Assembly (NCBI GenBank): GCA_041697335.1
Contig: JBGUGD010000019.1
Coordinates: forward strand, 1 to 60,982
DNA length: 60,982 bases
Source: Vampirovibrionaceae bacterium NZW_1234
Lineage (GTDB): Bacteria; Cyanobacteriota; Vampirovibrionia; Vampirovibrionales; JAGQHJ01
Reading direction: 5' to 3'
The notes below the pieces were generated by a model. It was not told the origin of the DNA. It saw only the letters and a program-made list of their open reading frames with translations, and made no database searches. Positions 40,307 to 50,468 of the stretch are shown piece by piece. Within the stretch, counting starts at the first letter, position 1. Each line of letters starts with the position of its first letter. The translations under genes were made by a program, and so were the position numbers.

Positions 40307-40443
40307 ACGGTTGTTTCCGAAGACTGACCCCACAAATTCAGGTTAAGCATCTGCTGTTTAATGTGTTTTATGGGGCCTTCCGAGGGTATACTTCTGTTAA
40401 ATGTTTGTCTTTCTTAGTTATGAACGTGCGAGGTTCGCTTTTT

Positions 40444-41055
40444 ATGTCTCAGGACACGCTCCAAGATCTACCCACAAAGCAGCGAGAGGTTTTGGAAACC
40501 ATTATTGAGTTTATTCAAGAGTATGGTTATCCGCCGACGATTCAGCAATTGTGCGAGCGTTGCGGCGTGACCTCGACTTCCACGATTCATTACCACTTAA
40601 CCGCGCTGAAGAAGAAAGGCTTCATCCATTGGAACAACAGTGAACGACGAGCCATTACTGTCAGTGAATCCGTGTTTCAAAAGAAAGGCCATTTGCCGGT
40701 TCTCGGCACTATTGCCGCAGGGCTTCCTCTGCAAACGGTTACCGATGCGGTTGAAACATTGGATTTGGCCGAAGACCTTTGTCCGCAGGGTTGTTATATC
40801 CTCAAAGTTCGTGGCGAAAGTATGATTGAAGATCATATTATGGATGGTGACTTGGTTTTGGTGAATCCCAATTCTCGTATTCGTAACGGTGATGTCGTTG
40901 TCGCCTTGGTTGAAGGTCAAACGGCAACCTTGAAGCGAATCTATAGAGAAGATGGGCACGTTCGACTTCAGCCGGCCAATAGCACGATGGAACCGATTAT
41001 TGTGCGTGATGTTGAGGTGCAAGGTAAAGTAGAGGCCTTGGTCAGGCGGGTTTAA
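40444..41055 (+). CDS. lexA: LexA repressor
   Basis: GYPPT HTH, IAAG cleavage site, GESM (Ser), ATLKR (Lys), LQPAN. Confidence 0.95.
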   Translation: MSQDTLQDLPTKQREVLETIIEFIQEYGYPPTIQQLCERCGVTSTSTIHYHLTALKKKGFIHWNNSERRAITVSESVFQKKGHLPVLGTIAAGLPLQTVTDAVETLDLAEDLCPQGCYILKVRGESMIEDHIMDGDLVLVNPNSRIRNGDVVVALVEGQTATLKRIYREDGHVRLQPANSTMEPIIVRDVEVQGKVEALVRRV

Positions 41056-41518
41056 TTCCCTGCTCTTTACGTTTATCGGTATTTTGTAGAATATCACTCT
41101 TCTTTTTCTTACAAACTCAGTATAAACAACGGTTAGACTCTTGGTTAGACATTGGTCTTGCTGGCTTTTGCCATGGCAGGATCCTTGGAAAGCAAAAGAA
41201 AGCAAAGGAGACACGGATAATGGTTAGATTAATCTATGACTTTATTGGCGTCAGCTTAGTCTTTTTCGTCCCGTACTGGGTCGCTTAAGACACGTTTTTT
41301 GAAATGCTCACGTTTATACCAACCCCTGCTTAAGTTTTTCACTTTTATCCTACTCACAGTTCACTCTCACATTCTATCCAATACTCCAACACTCCAAGTT
41401 CAAGGCCTCTGGCGACAAGAGGCCTTTTTCTTTTTGGCGTTCTGCAACGCGAGGCGTTTGGGAATGCGGATTTGGTCGGGATCGATTACAATGGTATTCT
41501 TGACAGGTCGCGTTACGT

Positions 41519-42409
41519 ATGGCTAAAAACAAACTCCGAATTCTCCTGATTGTGCTAATTCTCCTGGCATTGATTGCGGGTGTCGCTTTGATGGTGGTCT
41601 CTCATCAGGCAAAGCCTCCTGTGTTGGTTTCGCGGACAGATCCCCCCCACATCAGCTTTTCTGAAGAAGAGCATCAACTTGGCGAAGTTCAGGAGGGCGT
41701 GGAAATTCCTTTTAGCTTCAAGATTCACAATGATGGGGGCGAACCGCTGATCATTAAAGAGGTCACTTCCAGTTGTAGCTGTGCTCTGGTGTCCTTAACC
41801 GAAAAATACATTGAAGCCGGAAAGACGGGTGATCTGGGTGTCATTTTGGATACAACTGGACTGAAGGGGGAGTTGCGTGAAGAGATAAAGATTTTTTCCA
41901 ACGACCCTGAGCAGAAACAGGTCAGTGTTTACTTATTGGCCAAGGTTTTGCCCAAGGACGAGGAGGCGGCCAAGAAAAAAAGCCTGCGGCGACCGTCCTC
42001 ACGAGCAGAGCAAAGTAATATCATTACCTTGGTGGACCCTCATGCCAATTTAACAGATGCAGGGCGTGGTGAAATATTCCGTGGCGATTGCGCTACGTGT
42101 CACGCCCTTCAAGGAAAAGGGAAACTTGGTGGGGATCTGTTTCAGGCGGATTGTGCCATGTGTCACGGCCAAAATGCTGAAGGCGGTCTTGGGCCATCGT
42201 TGGTTACCGGAAATTATCATGATCCGGAGTTTGTGCGCCATGTACAAGAGGTCATACAAGCCGGAAGTCTCAATTCCAAGTCGATGCCGGCATTTGCTAA
42301 GGAAAAAGGCGGCCCGCTAACCGAGACCGAAATTGTATCCATCCTGAATTTTCTGCAAACCAAAAGCGAGCAGGTGCGTGAAGCACAGGGAGTTAAACCT
42401 GGTGGCTAG
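41519..42409 (+). CDS. Membrane-anchored DUF1573 Ig-like domain fused to a diheme cytochrome c
   Basis: N-terminal TM, NDGGEPL..SSCSC..SNDP, then CATCH, CAMCH and MPAF. Confidence 0.85.
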   Translation: MAKNKLRILLIVLILLALIAGVALMVVSHQAKPPVLVSRTDPPHISFSEEEHQLGEVQEGVEIPFSFKIHNDGGEPLIIKEVTSSCSCALVSLTEKYIEAGKTGDLGVILDTTGLKGELREEIKIFSNDPEQKQVSVYLLAKVLPKDEEAAKKKSLRRPSSRAEQSNIITLVDPHANLTDAGRGEIFRGDCATCHALQGKGKLGGDLFQADCAMCHGQNAEGGLGPSLVTGNYHDPEFVRHVQEVIQAGSLNSKSMPAFAKEKGGPLTETEIVSILNFLQTKSEQVREAQGVKPGG

Positions 42410-42470
42410 GTTCTCTTTGATGACGAGGCCCAGGTTTTATATAAATTGACGGACAGACTGAAGAGGAGAA

Positions 42471-42839
42471 ATGATGATGTCGAAATGGTTGGGAATGCTT
42501 GTAATGAGTATCTGCTTGTCCTTCGGCTTGGCGGGTACCGGTGTGTATGCTGCTCCAACGACGTCTTCGACCAACCCATCCGCATCTTCAGCGAATGGAA
42601 GCAAGTCTTCGAATGCCTCAATTGTTTACTTATATCAGCGATTGGTTGCGTTGGAAGAAAAAGATAACCAACAGGCTCAAAAAATTGCAGAATTGCAGCA
42701 ACAACTATCCGCCTTGCGCCAGGAGTTAAACGAAGTCCGGGCCGAGGAAGCGTTTAATCGAAGTACGCTTAAAACGCTCCATCAGAGAGTTACGGTTCTG
42801 GATGCCAAGAAATCTTCGATTGTTTTTCCGTCGAACTAA
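42471..42839 (+). CDS. Secreted coiled-coil hypothetical protein
   Basis: Signal peptide, Ser-rich linker, heptad region; RBS gaggag. Confidence 0.7.
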   Translation: MMMSKWLGMLVMSICLSFGLAGTGVYAAPTTSSTNPSASSANGSKSSNASIVYLYQRLVALEEKDNQQAQKIAELQQQLSALRQELNEVRAEEAFNRSTLKTLHQRVTVLDAKKSSIVFPSN

Positions 42840-43489
42840 GTGGTTGAAACGTTTCGGGTAAAGATCATTACGTTTTTATAGAGGAATTCCAAGACACGTT
42901 GATCTTTCATCCGATGCCGCAACTGGGTAGACAAGTCTGTCTGGTGAGTGAAGCCCTGGGCCTCAAACAGCCGAATCCAAAACTCCGGTGGTTGTTCATT
43001 GATATGCCCGACACCACCCTGTCCAGGTGGGGCGGCTGTAAAGAACACCGTATCACTGGCCAGCGTGGCATTTTCAACCAGAGTCTTTGAATACTTATTG
43101 GGAATATGCTCGGCAATTTCAATGCAGAGACAGAGATCAAAGGTTTTGTTATAGCGGATGGGTTTGGTGGCGTCGCTTTGGAAGACAATAAAGTCTTTGG
43201 GAGCTAATTTAATGGCCGCCTCACTGATATCGCTGCCAATGACCTGGACATTTCGTTTATAAAGGGCATTGAGAAACAAGCCTTCGCCACAGCCAATATC
43301 GACCACCGTTTTGGGATTAAAATGCTCGACAATTAATTCAGCAATGACTTCAACGGAGTGGAGCTTTCTGTCTCTAGTATCCTCATAAAACGAGGTTTTT
43401 CCGTAAAGAAGCTGGGGATTGATGGCATATTTAATGCGAGAAACCAACTGGCGGCGCATATGCTTAATGGATTGGTTCAGCGAAGGCAT
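42836..43489 (-). CDS. Class I SAM-dependent methyltransferase (glycan-associated type)
   Basis: VVDIGCGEG, FDLCLCIEIAEH, FTAAPPGQGGVGHINEQ. Confidence 0.9.
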   Translation of the reverse strand: MPSLNQSIKHMRRQLVSRIKYAINPQLLYGKTSFYEDTRDRKLHSVEVIAELIVEHFNPKTVVDIGCGEGLFLNALYKRNVQVIGSDISEAAIKLAPKDFIVFQSDATKPIRYNKTFDLCLCIEIAEHIPNKYSKTLVENATLASDTVFFTAAPPGQGGVGHINEQPPEFWIRLFEAQGFTHQTDLSTQLRHRMKDQRVLEFLYKNVMIFTRNVSTT

Positions 43490-43640
43490 GACGCACTTCT
43501 CCTGTGATGCTTAAGATCGTAGAGCCCCATTTTAGACGAAACATACCGTTGCTGCCATCGCGTAGTCGCACGAGTCAGGTTTTCCGTCGCCTGTTTCATA
43601 AAGATATGAAGCGTTCATGTGCTTTGAAATGGGGCGAAGC

Positions 43641-45638
43641 TTATGCCGGACTCGTGGCTGGGGCAGTTGTGTGTTGTGGAAAGGTTTCGAAGATAGGGTC
43701 CATGGTTTTTAAAAGGGTATTGGCTCCTTTGTTTAGAGCACCATAGAGAAGCTTTGTCCCATGGAGATTATCTTTAAGACTATCTACGTAGTTCTCTTCA
43801 GAAACATCATCGTCTTGCATGCGCTGATAATAAGTCCGAGAGAAAATAAACAGTTCTTTTTTGGCGTAGCAATTAATGAGTTCATTGCATTGGGTCAAGG
43901 GTAGCAAGGCTTCATCTATTTCGGCCAGAGTCTTCAACCCTTGCTGCACCCGTGAAACGGCTACCGGATCCTCTTCAAATGTGTCGGATGAAAGTAAATC
44001 CAGGAGTAGGGTCAATTCTTCATTGCCTTTTTGGGAGAGCTCAGCAATTTTGGACAACTCGGCCCTATCGTCTTGATATTGCGAATAGACCCGCTCGAAG
44101 GTTTGGGAAGCCGGGTCATTTTCCTGATAGTTCTCGCTGAGGAAAGTTTCCACTTTGCCTGCTGCCTCGTGTTGCCTGACCTGATATTTCTCGACCGCTT
44201 GGGCAAAGGGAAGGTGATCCAACTGATGAATGTAAGCCCCGCCTTCTGAACAGTTGACAATGCGGACATCGGGGTTTTGGTCCTGAATTTGCTCGAAAAC
44301 CAATCGGAATGAGTCGAAACTAAAGTCTGTGTAAAGGGTTTCCCCTTGCCAGCCTTTAACAGTGGTCAGCTTGTGCCAGAACAGCTTGGTTTTCTTCTCA
44401 AAATCGTCATCATTGTCCAGCATCACCCCGTAGAAGTCTTCTTTGTTGGCCCAGCGCATATCCCGAGGACCGTTCTCATCGATCGTAAACCCGCGATCCC
44501 GGTAAACAGAATGGGTCGAGTACATTTGCCCTTGGGGATAGGCCAGATCCTGCCCCAGTAAGAAGATAGGGTTGCAGCCCATCTTCATCAAATGGAGTAA
44601 GGCGGTTACGGAGACTGTTCCATGATGGTGATAGCCAAATAATGGCTCGTTTAATGCTCTGGATAGCCAAGTTGTCAGTGGGTCTTTGGCTGTGTAGGTC
44701 AGCATCTTTCGTTTGGTGGGGGTGTTAAAGATGTTCTGATGGGTTTGTGGCAGTAGGATCAGATTTGTTTCCGGAACAAAAGAGACCCCTTTAAGCTGCT
44801 GGGAAACATCTTGGACTTCCAGGACATTGACGAAGTCCGGAACGATACCCACTCGGTCCAGGGCTTTGGCGGCTTGACCCACGCAGGCAATCACCAGGTT
44901 GTCCCGATAGGCTTTCAAGGTGTCCATCACCCCAGGGCGATCCAGAGAGGGCCCCGCCGAGACCACCACACCAGGAAGGCCCCGAAACTGATCATGCATG
45001 AGCCGAGCATCAGGGTATTTAAGAAAGTTGGGAATATTTTCCAGGGAGCTCCGGGTGAATTCTTCCAGCATCATCAGCGAGGTATTCTGGCTGACGATGT
45101 TCATGAACAAAGAGGACTTGATCTGTTCCAGAATCCGCAGGAACAGTTCCGGTTCTTTGGCCCGATAGGCCGGCAAGGCAACAATGGGTAATTGATCTCC
45201 CATTAAATAGGTGTGGCTCATGGCAGAGATAATATCCGGAACCCGGTGGAGAAACTGAACTCGCTTGGATTGGAGCTCTTCTGAAAAGTCAATGGCGCTG
45301 AATGTATGGTGCAAAACTTCGGGATAGGGTTCAAACACGATAATTTGGGCTTCACTTTGGCGGAAGGCCAAGCGCAGGAGGTACCCCAAGCCCATCCCAA
45401 AGATAAAGATCACACTCTGCTTACCACGCTTTGATTCAGGAACCTCATTTTCCAAAACTTCCTGGGCTTCGCCGACGGGATCGGCCATGCGGTGCAAGGC
45501 AATCTCCTCGTAGGCCATATTCACATCCTTGTTAGGGCCCATGAACAACTGGACTTTACCGGTGATGGGCAATTCCTGCAGCAACTTCGCCAATCTCGGC
45601 TGGGTAGTTTTCAGGGCTTCAATGTTTTGCTGCAGCAT
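43641..45638 (-). CDS. Motility-associated factor (Maf/DUF115) flagellin glycosyltransferase family
   Basis: NIEALK, FGMGLGY, VFEP, VVSAGPSL, GTVS, GCNPIFLLGQDLAY, NCSEGGA. Confidence 0.88.
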   Translation of the reverse strand: MLQQNIEALKTTQPRLAKLLQELPITGKVQLFMGPNKDVNMAYEEIALHRMADPVGEAQEVLENEVPESKRGKQSVIFIFGMGLGYLLRLAFRQSEAQIIVFEPYPEVLHHTFSAIDFSEELQSKRVQFLHRVPDIISAMSHTYLMGDQLPIVALPAYRAKEPELFLRILEQIKSSLFMNIVSQNTSLMMLEEFTRSSLENIPNFLKYPDARLMHDQFRGLPGVVVSAGPSLDRPGVMDTLKAYRDNLVIACVGQAAKALDRVGIVPDFVNVLEVQDVSQQLKGVSFVPETNLILLPQTHQNIFNTPTKRKMLTYTAKDPLTTWLSRALNEPLFGYHHHGTVSVTALLHLMKMGCNPIFLLGQDLAYPQGQMYSTHSVYRDRGFTIDENGPRDMRWANKEDFYGVMLDNDDDFEKKTKLFWHKLTTVKGWQGETLYTDFSFDSFRLVFEQIQDQNPDVRIVNCSEGGAYIHQLDHLPFAQAVEKYQVRQHEAAGKVETFLSENYQENDPASQTFERVYSQYQDDRAELSKIAELSQKGNEELTLLLDLLSSDTFEEDPVAVSRVQQGLKTLAEIDEALLPLTQCNELINCYAKKELFIFSRTYYQRMQDDDVSEENYVDSLKDNLHGTKLLYGALNKGANTLLKTMDPIFETFPQHTTAPATSPA

Positions 45639-45990
45639 AGGACACATCAATCCTTTCTCTCGTGCGCTCTCTCGGGGTGAGAATCTGATTTTGACAGGGG
45701 CATGACGCTCATCGGGGAACCCCTTTTATAGTGTAGCGTGTTTCTCGTGTAACAGGCATCCTGTGTTTAAAGGACATGAAACGGCTTTTATTCTGATGAC
45801 ACGTCTTTTTAAGACGTATGGACCTGAGGTGTTCCCAGTAAAATGTGTCATAAAAAGGCATCATTAAAAAATGCTTAAAAACCCAGGGGATTGCATTTCA
45901 CAGGATTATAATAAGAGCGTAACGAGAAGATAAGGTTACTTATTTCTTCACCCCTGCAATTTATTATTTTTTGAAACATCAGGTCTGTAA

Positions 45991-46017
45991 CGACTTTTTC
46001 GACGAAAAAGGAGGTCG
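45991..46017 (+). promoter_or_regulatory. Candidate RNA thermometer hairpin occluding the hsp20 RBS
   Basis: cgactttttc-gac-gaaaaaggaggtcg folds over AGGAGG. Confidence 0.5.
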
Positions 46018-46024
46018 ATTTGTT

Positions 46025-46465
46025 ATGAAATTGGTTCGTTGGTCCCCATTAGAAGAAATGTCACTTTTAAAAGATCAAATTGATCGCATTTTCGAGCCCT
46101 TCAGTGCCAGTGGTGATGAGCGTTTATTAAGCCATTCGCTGCCCGTTGAGGTGACGGAAACCCAAGCCGAGTATCGGGTACGCTTGCTGGTCCCCGGTAT
46201 TGATCCGGAGAAAATCAATTTACAGATGTCCGAGCGCGAGTTGTCTGTTTCGACCGAAACACAACCCAGAGAATTGGAAGAAGGGGAAATGGTTCATATG
46301 AATCAATTCCGCTATGGTAAGTTTAGCAAACAACTGTCCTTCCCTCAGGCGATTGATCAGAACCAGGTCCAAGCCAACTATACCCATGGGGTGCTGACGA
46401 TCACCTTGCCGAAGGCTGAAAATAATAAACGTAAAACCATTCCAATTCACGTTCAAGCAAGCTAG
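46025..46465 (+). CDS. Hsp20/alpha-crystallin small heat shock protein
   Basis: LVRWSPL, VPGIDPE, RYGKFSKQL, ANYTHGVLTITLPK. Confidence 0.95.
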   Translation: MKLVRWSPLEEMSLLKDQIDRIFEPFSASGDERLLSHSLPVEVTETQAEYRVRLLVPGIDPEKINLQMSERELSVSTETQPRELEEGEMVHMNQFRYGKFSKQLSFPQAIDQNQVQANYTHGVLTITLPKAENNKRKTIPIHVQAS

Positions 46466-46482
46466 ATTAACCTGCTGAAAAC

Positions 46483-46592
46483 AAGGCTTCTTTATCCAAT
46501 TTGGGAACCTTTCGGAATCGCTAGCGTCTGCTTACATATAACCCCGATTCCTACGGATTCCCACAGGGATGAAGGAGCCTTTTTCTCTTTTT
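46483..46592 (+). ncRNA. Long irregular hairpin (3' UTR element or sRNA) with a U-tract
   Basis: 15-bp stem 46483-97/46567-81 with nested tgggaacc/ggattccca and ggaatcg/cgattcc stems. Confidence 0.5.
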
Positions 46593-46647
46593 TCGAATCC
46601 AAGATCACTTTGTTTGCGTGAAAATACCAAGAAAGGAGAAGGTGGTG

Positions 46648-46779
46648 ATGAATGCACCGTTTTATAAACCGTGTTCGAAATATTTTATACCATTGATAGA
46701 AGCCTTTCTCCTATCCCTGGTGTTGGTTTTGGCCACAAATCCCCAGTTGTTGTTTTCACGGATGCTTCCGACGTTCTAG
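46648..46779 (+). CDS. 43-aa hydrophobic small protein (below the ORF-track cutoff)
   Basis: RBS aaggag/aggtg; MNAPFYKPCSKYFIPLIEAFLLSLVLVLATNPQLLFSRMLPTF. Confidence 0.55.
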   Translation: MNAPFYKPCSKYFIPLIEAFLLSLVLVLATNPQLLFSRMLPTF

Positions 46780-46950
46780 TTATTCTCTTTTTTATTGCGA
46801 CATAAACCATTCAATCGTCAGAACCTATGAGGTTTGTAAGGGTACTTTCTCTCTTGCGAACCTCTCTTTTTTAATCAATGTACTCAATCCTAATTTGCCA
46901 TTCGATTGACACGGACTCTGGCTAAGCTAACCATGTCAACTGGAGGCGAG

Positions 46951-47928
46951 ATGATGCGAACGGTTTCTGGCGTCAAATTAAATCAAATTCTTCCCAAATC
47001 TTCCGGGATTCTTCGCTTTGAGGGGCGTAAACTGAAGCAGAGCATTCAGCCCGATTTATTTTCGCCACATCGTCCGGACGTCAAGGGGCTTAATCGCTTT
47101 GCGGTCATTGGGGATGCCGGGAGTGGTAAAAAAGCCCAGTGGGATATTGCCCGACAAATGTTGAATGTTTATCAAAATCATGACAAGCCCTTTGCATCTG
47201 TTCTGGTCCTCGGGGACAACGTATATGAGGATGGCGAGCCCCATTTGTTTTATGAGCGGATTTATGAACCGTATAAAAAATTGTTTAAGCAACACATCCG
47301 TTTTTACCCGGTGATGGGTAATCACGATGTTCGTAAGGACTTCGGGGATAAGCAGTTGGCCTATTGGGGGGCACCGGCATATTATAACTTCACGCAAGGG
47401 CCGGTTGAATTCTTTGCGTTGGATACAACGGTCTTATTGCCGGGATATGAAAAATGTCATGCCCAAAATCCCTTTCTGGCCCAGACTCAAGCCAAAATTC
47501 AGATGACATGGCTTGAAAAAGCCTTACAGGATAGCAAGGCCAAGTTCAAAGTCGTTTATGGGCATTACCCGCTTTATTCCTCGGGCAAGCATGCGCTTGA
47601 TAAAGAGAGCACGTTGAAGTTGCGATCAATGCTGGAGCCGTTGTTCAAAAAATATGGGGTGCATTTGTATTTGGCCGGGCATGACCATCATTATGAGCGC
47701 ACGTTGATTGATAAAGTTCACTATTTCGTGAGTGGTGCGGCTGGAAAATTGCGCAAGATCTTTTTCCAAAATCCGGTTCAACACCGAGAAAAGGCGTTAG
47801 AGAAGCATCATTTTATGTTGTTTGAATTGGATAAGGACCAATTAAAGTACGAGGTGATTTCCCGAAAAGGGACGGTCCTGGATAGCGGGGTTGTTGGACC
47901 AACCAGTGCAACCCAGCTGAGTGCCTGA
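46951..47928 (+). CDS. Calcineurin-like metallophosphoesterase (purple acid phosphatase-like)
   Basis: IGDAG, LGDNVY, GNHD, GHYP, AGHDH; RBS ggagg. Confidence 0.92.
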   Translation: MMRTVSGVKLNQILPKSSGILRFEGRKLKQSIQPDLFSPHRPDVKGLNRFAVIGDAGSGKKAQWDIARQMLNVYQNHDKPFASVLVLGDNVYEDGEPHLFYERIYEPYKKLFKQHIRFYPVMGNHDVRKDFGDKQLAYWGAPAYYNFTQGPVEFFALDTTVLLPGYEKCHAQNPFLAQTQAKIQMTWLEKALQDSKAKFKVVYGHYPLYSSGKHALDKESTLKLRSMLEPLFKKYGVHLYLAGHDHHYERTLIDKVHYFVSGAAGKLRKIFFQNPVQHREKALEKHHFMLFELDKDQLKYEVISRKGTVLDSGVVGPTSATQLSA

Positions 47929-47937
47929 GGCAAAAAC

Positions 47938-49110
47938 TTACTTGAAGTGGGACAGCACCTGCTCAATCACATAGTCCTGCTCCTGATTGGAGAGCGAGGG
48001 GTAAAGCGGCAGGCTAAGGCAGTGATTGTAATAAAACTCGGCATGCGGATAATCGCCGGGGCCGGTGCCTAACGTGTCTTGATAATAGGGTTGCAGGTGA
48101 ACCGGAATGTAATGCACCTGGGGCATGATATTGGCGGCCACCAGCCGATCATACAGCGTCCTTCGTGAAATGGGCGAGTATTCCGGGTTTAAGCGAATGA
48201 CAAACAGGTGATGTCCGGATTGGGTGTCTTGGGTTCGCGCTTGCGTTTCGATGGCCGGATATGGGGCAAAGGCCGCTTCGTAGCGCTCGGCCAATTCCTG
48301 TCGACGCGCCACAAAGCCATCGAGTTTCTCAAGCTGAGCGGTTCCCAGCGCCGCCTGAATATCGGTGATGCGATAGTTATACCCGAGAAATTGCATCTCG
48401 TATTCCCAGGGCGCCCCTTCAAATACGCTGAAGGTGTCGGCATGCTTGGTAATGCCATGGCTTCGAAATTGGAGCAGCTTCTCATAGTAGCTGCGGTGTG
48501 GGGTGACGACCATGCCGCCTTCGCCCGTGGTGATGGACTTAACGGGGTGAAAGCTGAATACGGCCATGTCTCGACATTGACCGATAGGCTTGCCCTGATA
48601 CCGCCCCCCCAATGCATGGCAGGCATCTTCAATGACAACCAGATCATGGGCATCGGCCAATTGATAAAACGCGTTTAAATCAGCGGGTTGTCCGGCAAAG
48701 TGAATCGGTGCGAGTGCTTTGGTTTTTGGGGTGATTCGCGCTGCAGTGGCGACCGGATCTAAGTTCCACGTCCTCGGATCGATATCGGCAAAAACCGGCG
48801 TCCCGTTTTGGTAGAGGACAGCATTGGACGTGGCCGCAAAGGTAATGGGGCTCGTAACGACTTCATCACCCAGGCCAATGCCTGCCGCTGCGTATGCGCC
48901 ATGCAGGGCTGCAGTTCCGCTGGAAAAAGCAACCGCATAGGGGACACCGCAGTACGCTGCCACGGCTTCTTCAAACGCTTGAATGGCTGGCCCTTGGGTC
49001 AGATAGGGTGAATTTAACACCTCGATAACGGCTTCCACATCTTTTTCTCCCACACTCTGCTTGCCATAGGGAAGCGGGTGCGTGGGGGAAAAACGAGTGG
49101 GGTTAGACAT
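47938..49110 (-). CDS. pseC: UDP-4-amino-4,6-dideoxy-N-acetyl-altrosamine transaminase (DegT family)
   Basis: PYGKQ, LTQGP, SGTAALH, EDACHALG, SFHPVKSITTGEGG; follows pseB. Confidence 0.88.
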   Translation of the reverse strand: MSNPTRFSPTHPLPYGKQSVGEKDVEAVIEVLNSPYLTQGPAIQAFEEAVAAYCGVPYAVAFSSGTAALHGAYAAAGIGLGDEVVTSPITFAATSNAVLYQNGTPVFADIDPRTWNLDPVATAARITPKTKALAPIHFAGQPADLNAFYQLADAHDLVVIEDACHALGGRYQGKPIGQCRDMAVFSFHPVKSITTGEGGMVVTPHRSYYEKLLQFRSHGITKHADTFSVFEGAPWEYEMQFLGYNYRITDIQAALGTAQLEKLDGFVARRQELAERYEAAFAPYPAIETQARTQDTQSGHHLFVIRLNPEYSPISRRTLYDRLVAANIMPQVHYIPVHLQPYYQDTLGTGPGDYPHAEFYYNHCLSLPLYPSLSNQEQDYVIEQVLSHFK

Positions 49111-50116
49111 TGGAGGGTTCTGGTCGAGCCAGGTTCTCGGGATGGGTGGGGTAGATCAGCTGACGCAGGTCTTGAACCGACAAGACGTCATCGTTGTTAT
49201 TGCTGCGGTAGGAGAAGTTCTCTTTTACCCGAACACCGCCTGGAAGCGGATTAAACTGAACATGGTGAATCTGAGGTTCGATGATAAAGAGGCTGTCGTA
49301 TTCCATGGTCAGTCGGGAATCGTCGTGGGTAATCAGAACCTCATGCAGTTTTTCCCCGGGCCGGATGCCGGTAATTTCCACGCGACACTTGGGGGCTATG
49401 GCCTTGACCAGATCCATAATGTTCATACTGGGCAGCTTGGGCACGAAAATCTCACCGCCCTGCATAATTTCCAGGCAATCGCAGACAAATTTAACACCCT
49501 GATCCAGGGTAATCCAGAAGCGGGTCATTCTCGGATCGGTGACCGGGACAACACCGGACTCACGAAGTTTCTCGAACAGGGGAATGACGCTGCCGCGGCT
49601 GCCGATGACGTTACCATAGCGCACCACGCTGAATCGGGTGGGGCGGGTGCTGCCCACGTAGGAATTGGCAGCGGTAAACAATTTGTCGGAGCAGAGCTTG
49701 GTCGCACCGTATAAATTAATGGGGTTTGCAGCCTTGTCCGTACTGAGTGCCATCACGCGTTCCACGTTGTGGGCAATGGCCGCTTCAATAATATTTTGGG
49801 CTCCCAAAATATTGGTCTTGATGGCTTCAAAGGGATTGTATTCACAGGCGGGAATCTGCTTCATGGCTGCCGCGTGGACAACAATGTCAACGCCGGAAAA
49901 AGCCATGCCCAAACGTTTTTCATCTCGAACATCACCAATAAAATAGCGCACACGAGAATCCTGAATTTCCTGGGACATCTCATACTGCTTGAGCTCATCC
50001 CGGCTGAAAATGATCAGCTTTTCGATGTCGAAATGTTCGAGGATGTACCTGGCAAATGTTTTTCCAAACGACCCGGTTCCGCCAGTAATAAGAACCGTTT
50101 TTCCCTTATAAACCAT
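49103..50116 (-). CDS. pseB: UDP-GlcNAc 4,6-dehydratase (inverting)
   Basis: TGGTGSFG, SRDELKQ, EYNPFE, STDKA, YGATK, RYGNVIGSRGSV, MTRFWI, GIRPGEKLHE. Confidence 0.94.
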   Translation of the reverse strand: MVYKGKTVLITGGTGSFGKTFARYILEHFDIEKLIIFSRDELKQYEMSQEIQDSRVRYFIGDVRDEKRLGMAFSGVDIVVHAAAMKQIPACEYNPFEAIKTNILGAQNIIEAAIAHNVERVMALSTDKAANPINLYGATKLCSDKLFTAANSYVGSTRPTRFSVVRYGNVIGSRGSVIPLFEKLRESGVVPVTDPRMTRFWITLDQGVKFVCDCLEIMQGGEIFVPKLPSMNIMDLVKAIAPKCRVEITGIRPGEKLHEVLITHDDSRLTMEYDSLFIIEPQIHHVQFNPLPGGVRVKENFSYRSNNNDDVLSVQDLRQLIYPTHPENLARPEPSNV

Positions 50117-50468
50117 TATTTCCGTCCATCTGTCTAGACCCACATAATTCCATTATTTTATCACAAGCCCTTTTTGGCATCCTCGATTCATACGAATCTT
50201 GCAAGAGACGCTTGTTCGGCCCACATAAACGCAATTTTCCCTCAAGCAATCTCCTCAGGTCCTGCCATGAATCAGAAACCCGAATGTATCGACTTTGTAA
50301 CAGGCCGGTTTTATAAAGGGGCCGTGCCTAAAAAGGCTTAAGGCTCATGTGGTTTTTTGAGGCGAGATAATCCGTTGCTCTGAATTTTTGTTTGCGTTTT
50401 GATAGCAAGTTGTAATGCATTTTGATCTATTGCTTGAATATCCGTAACGTTGTAGGAGAGTCATCACT

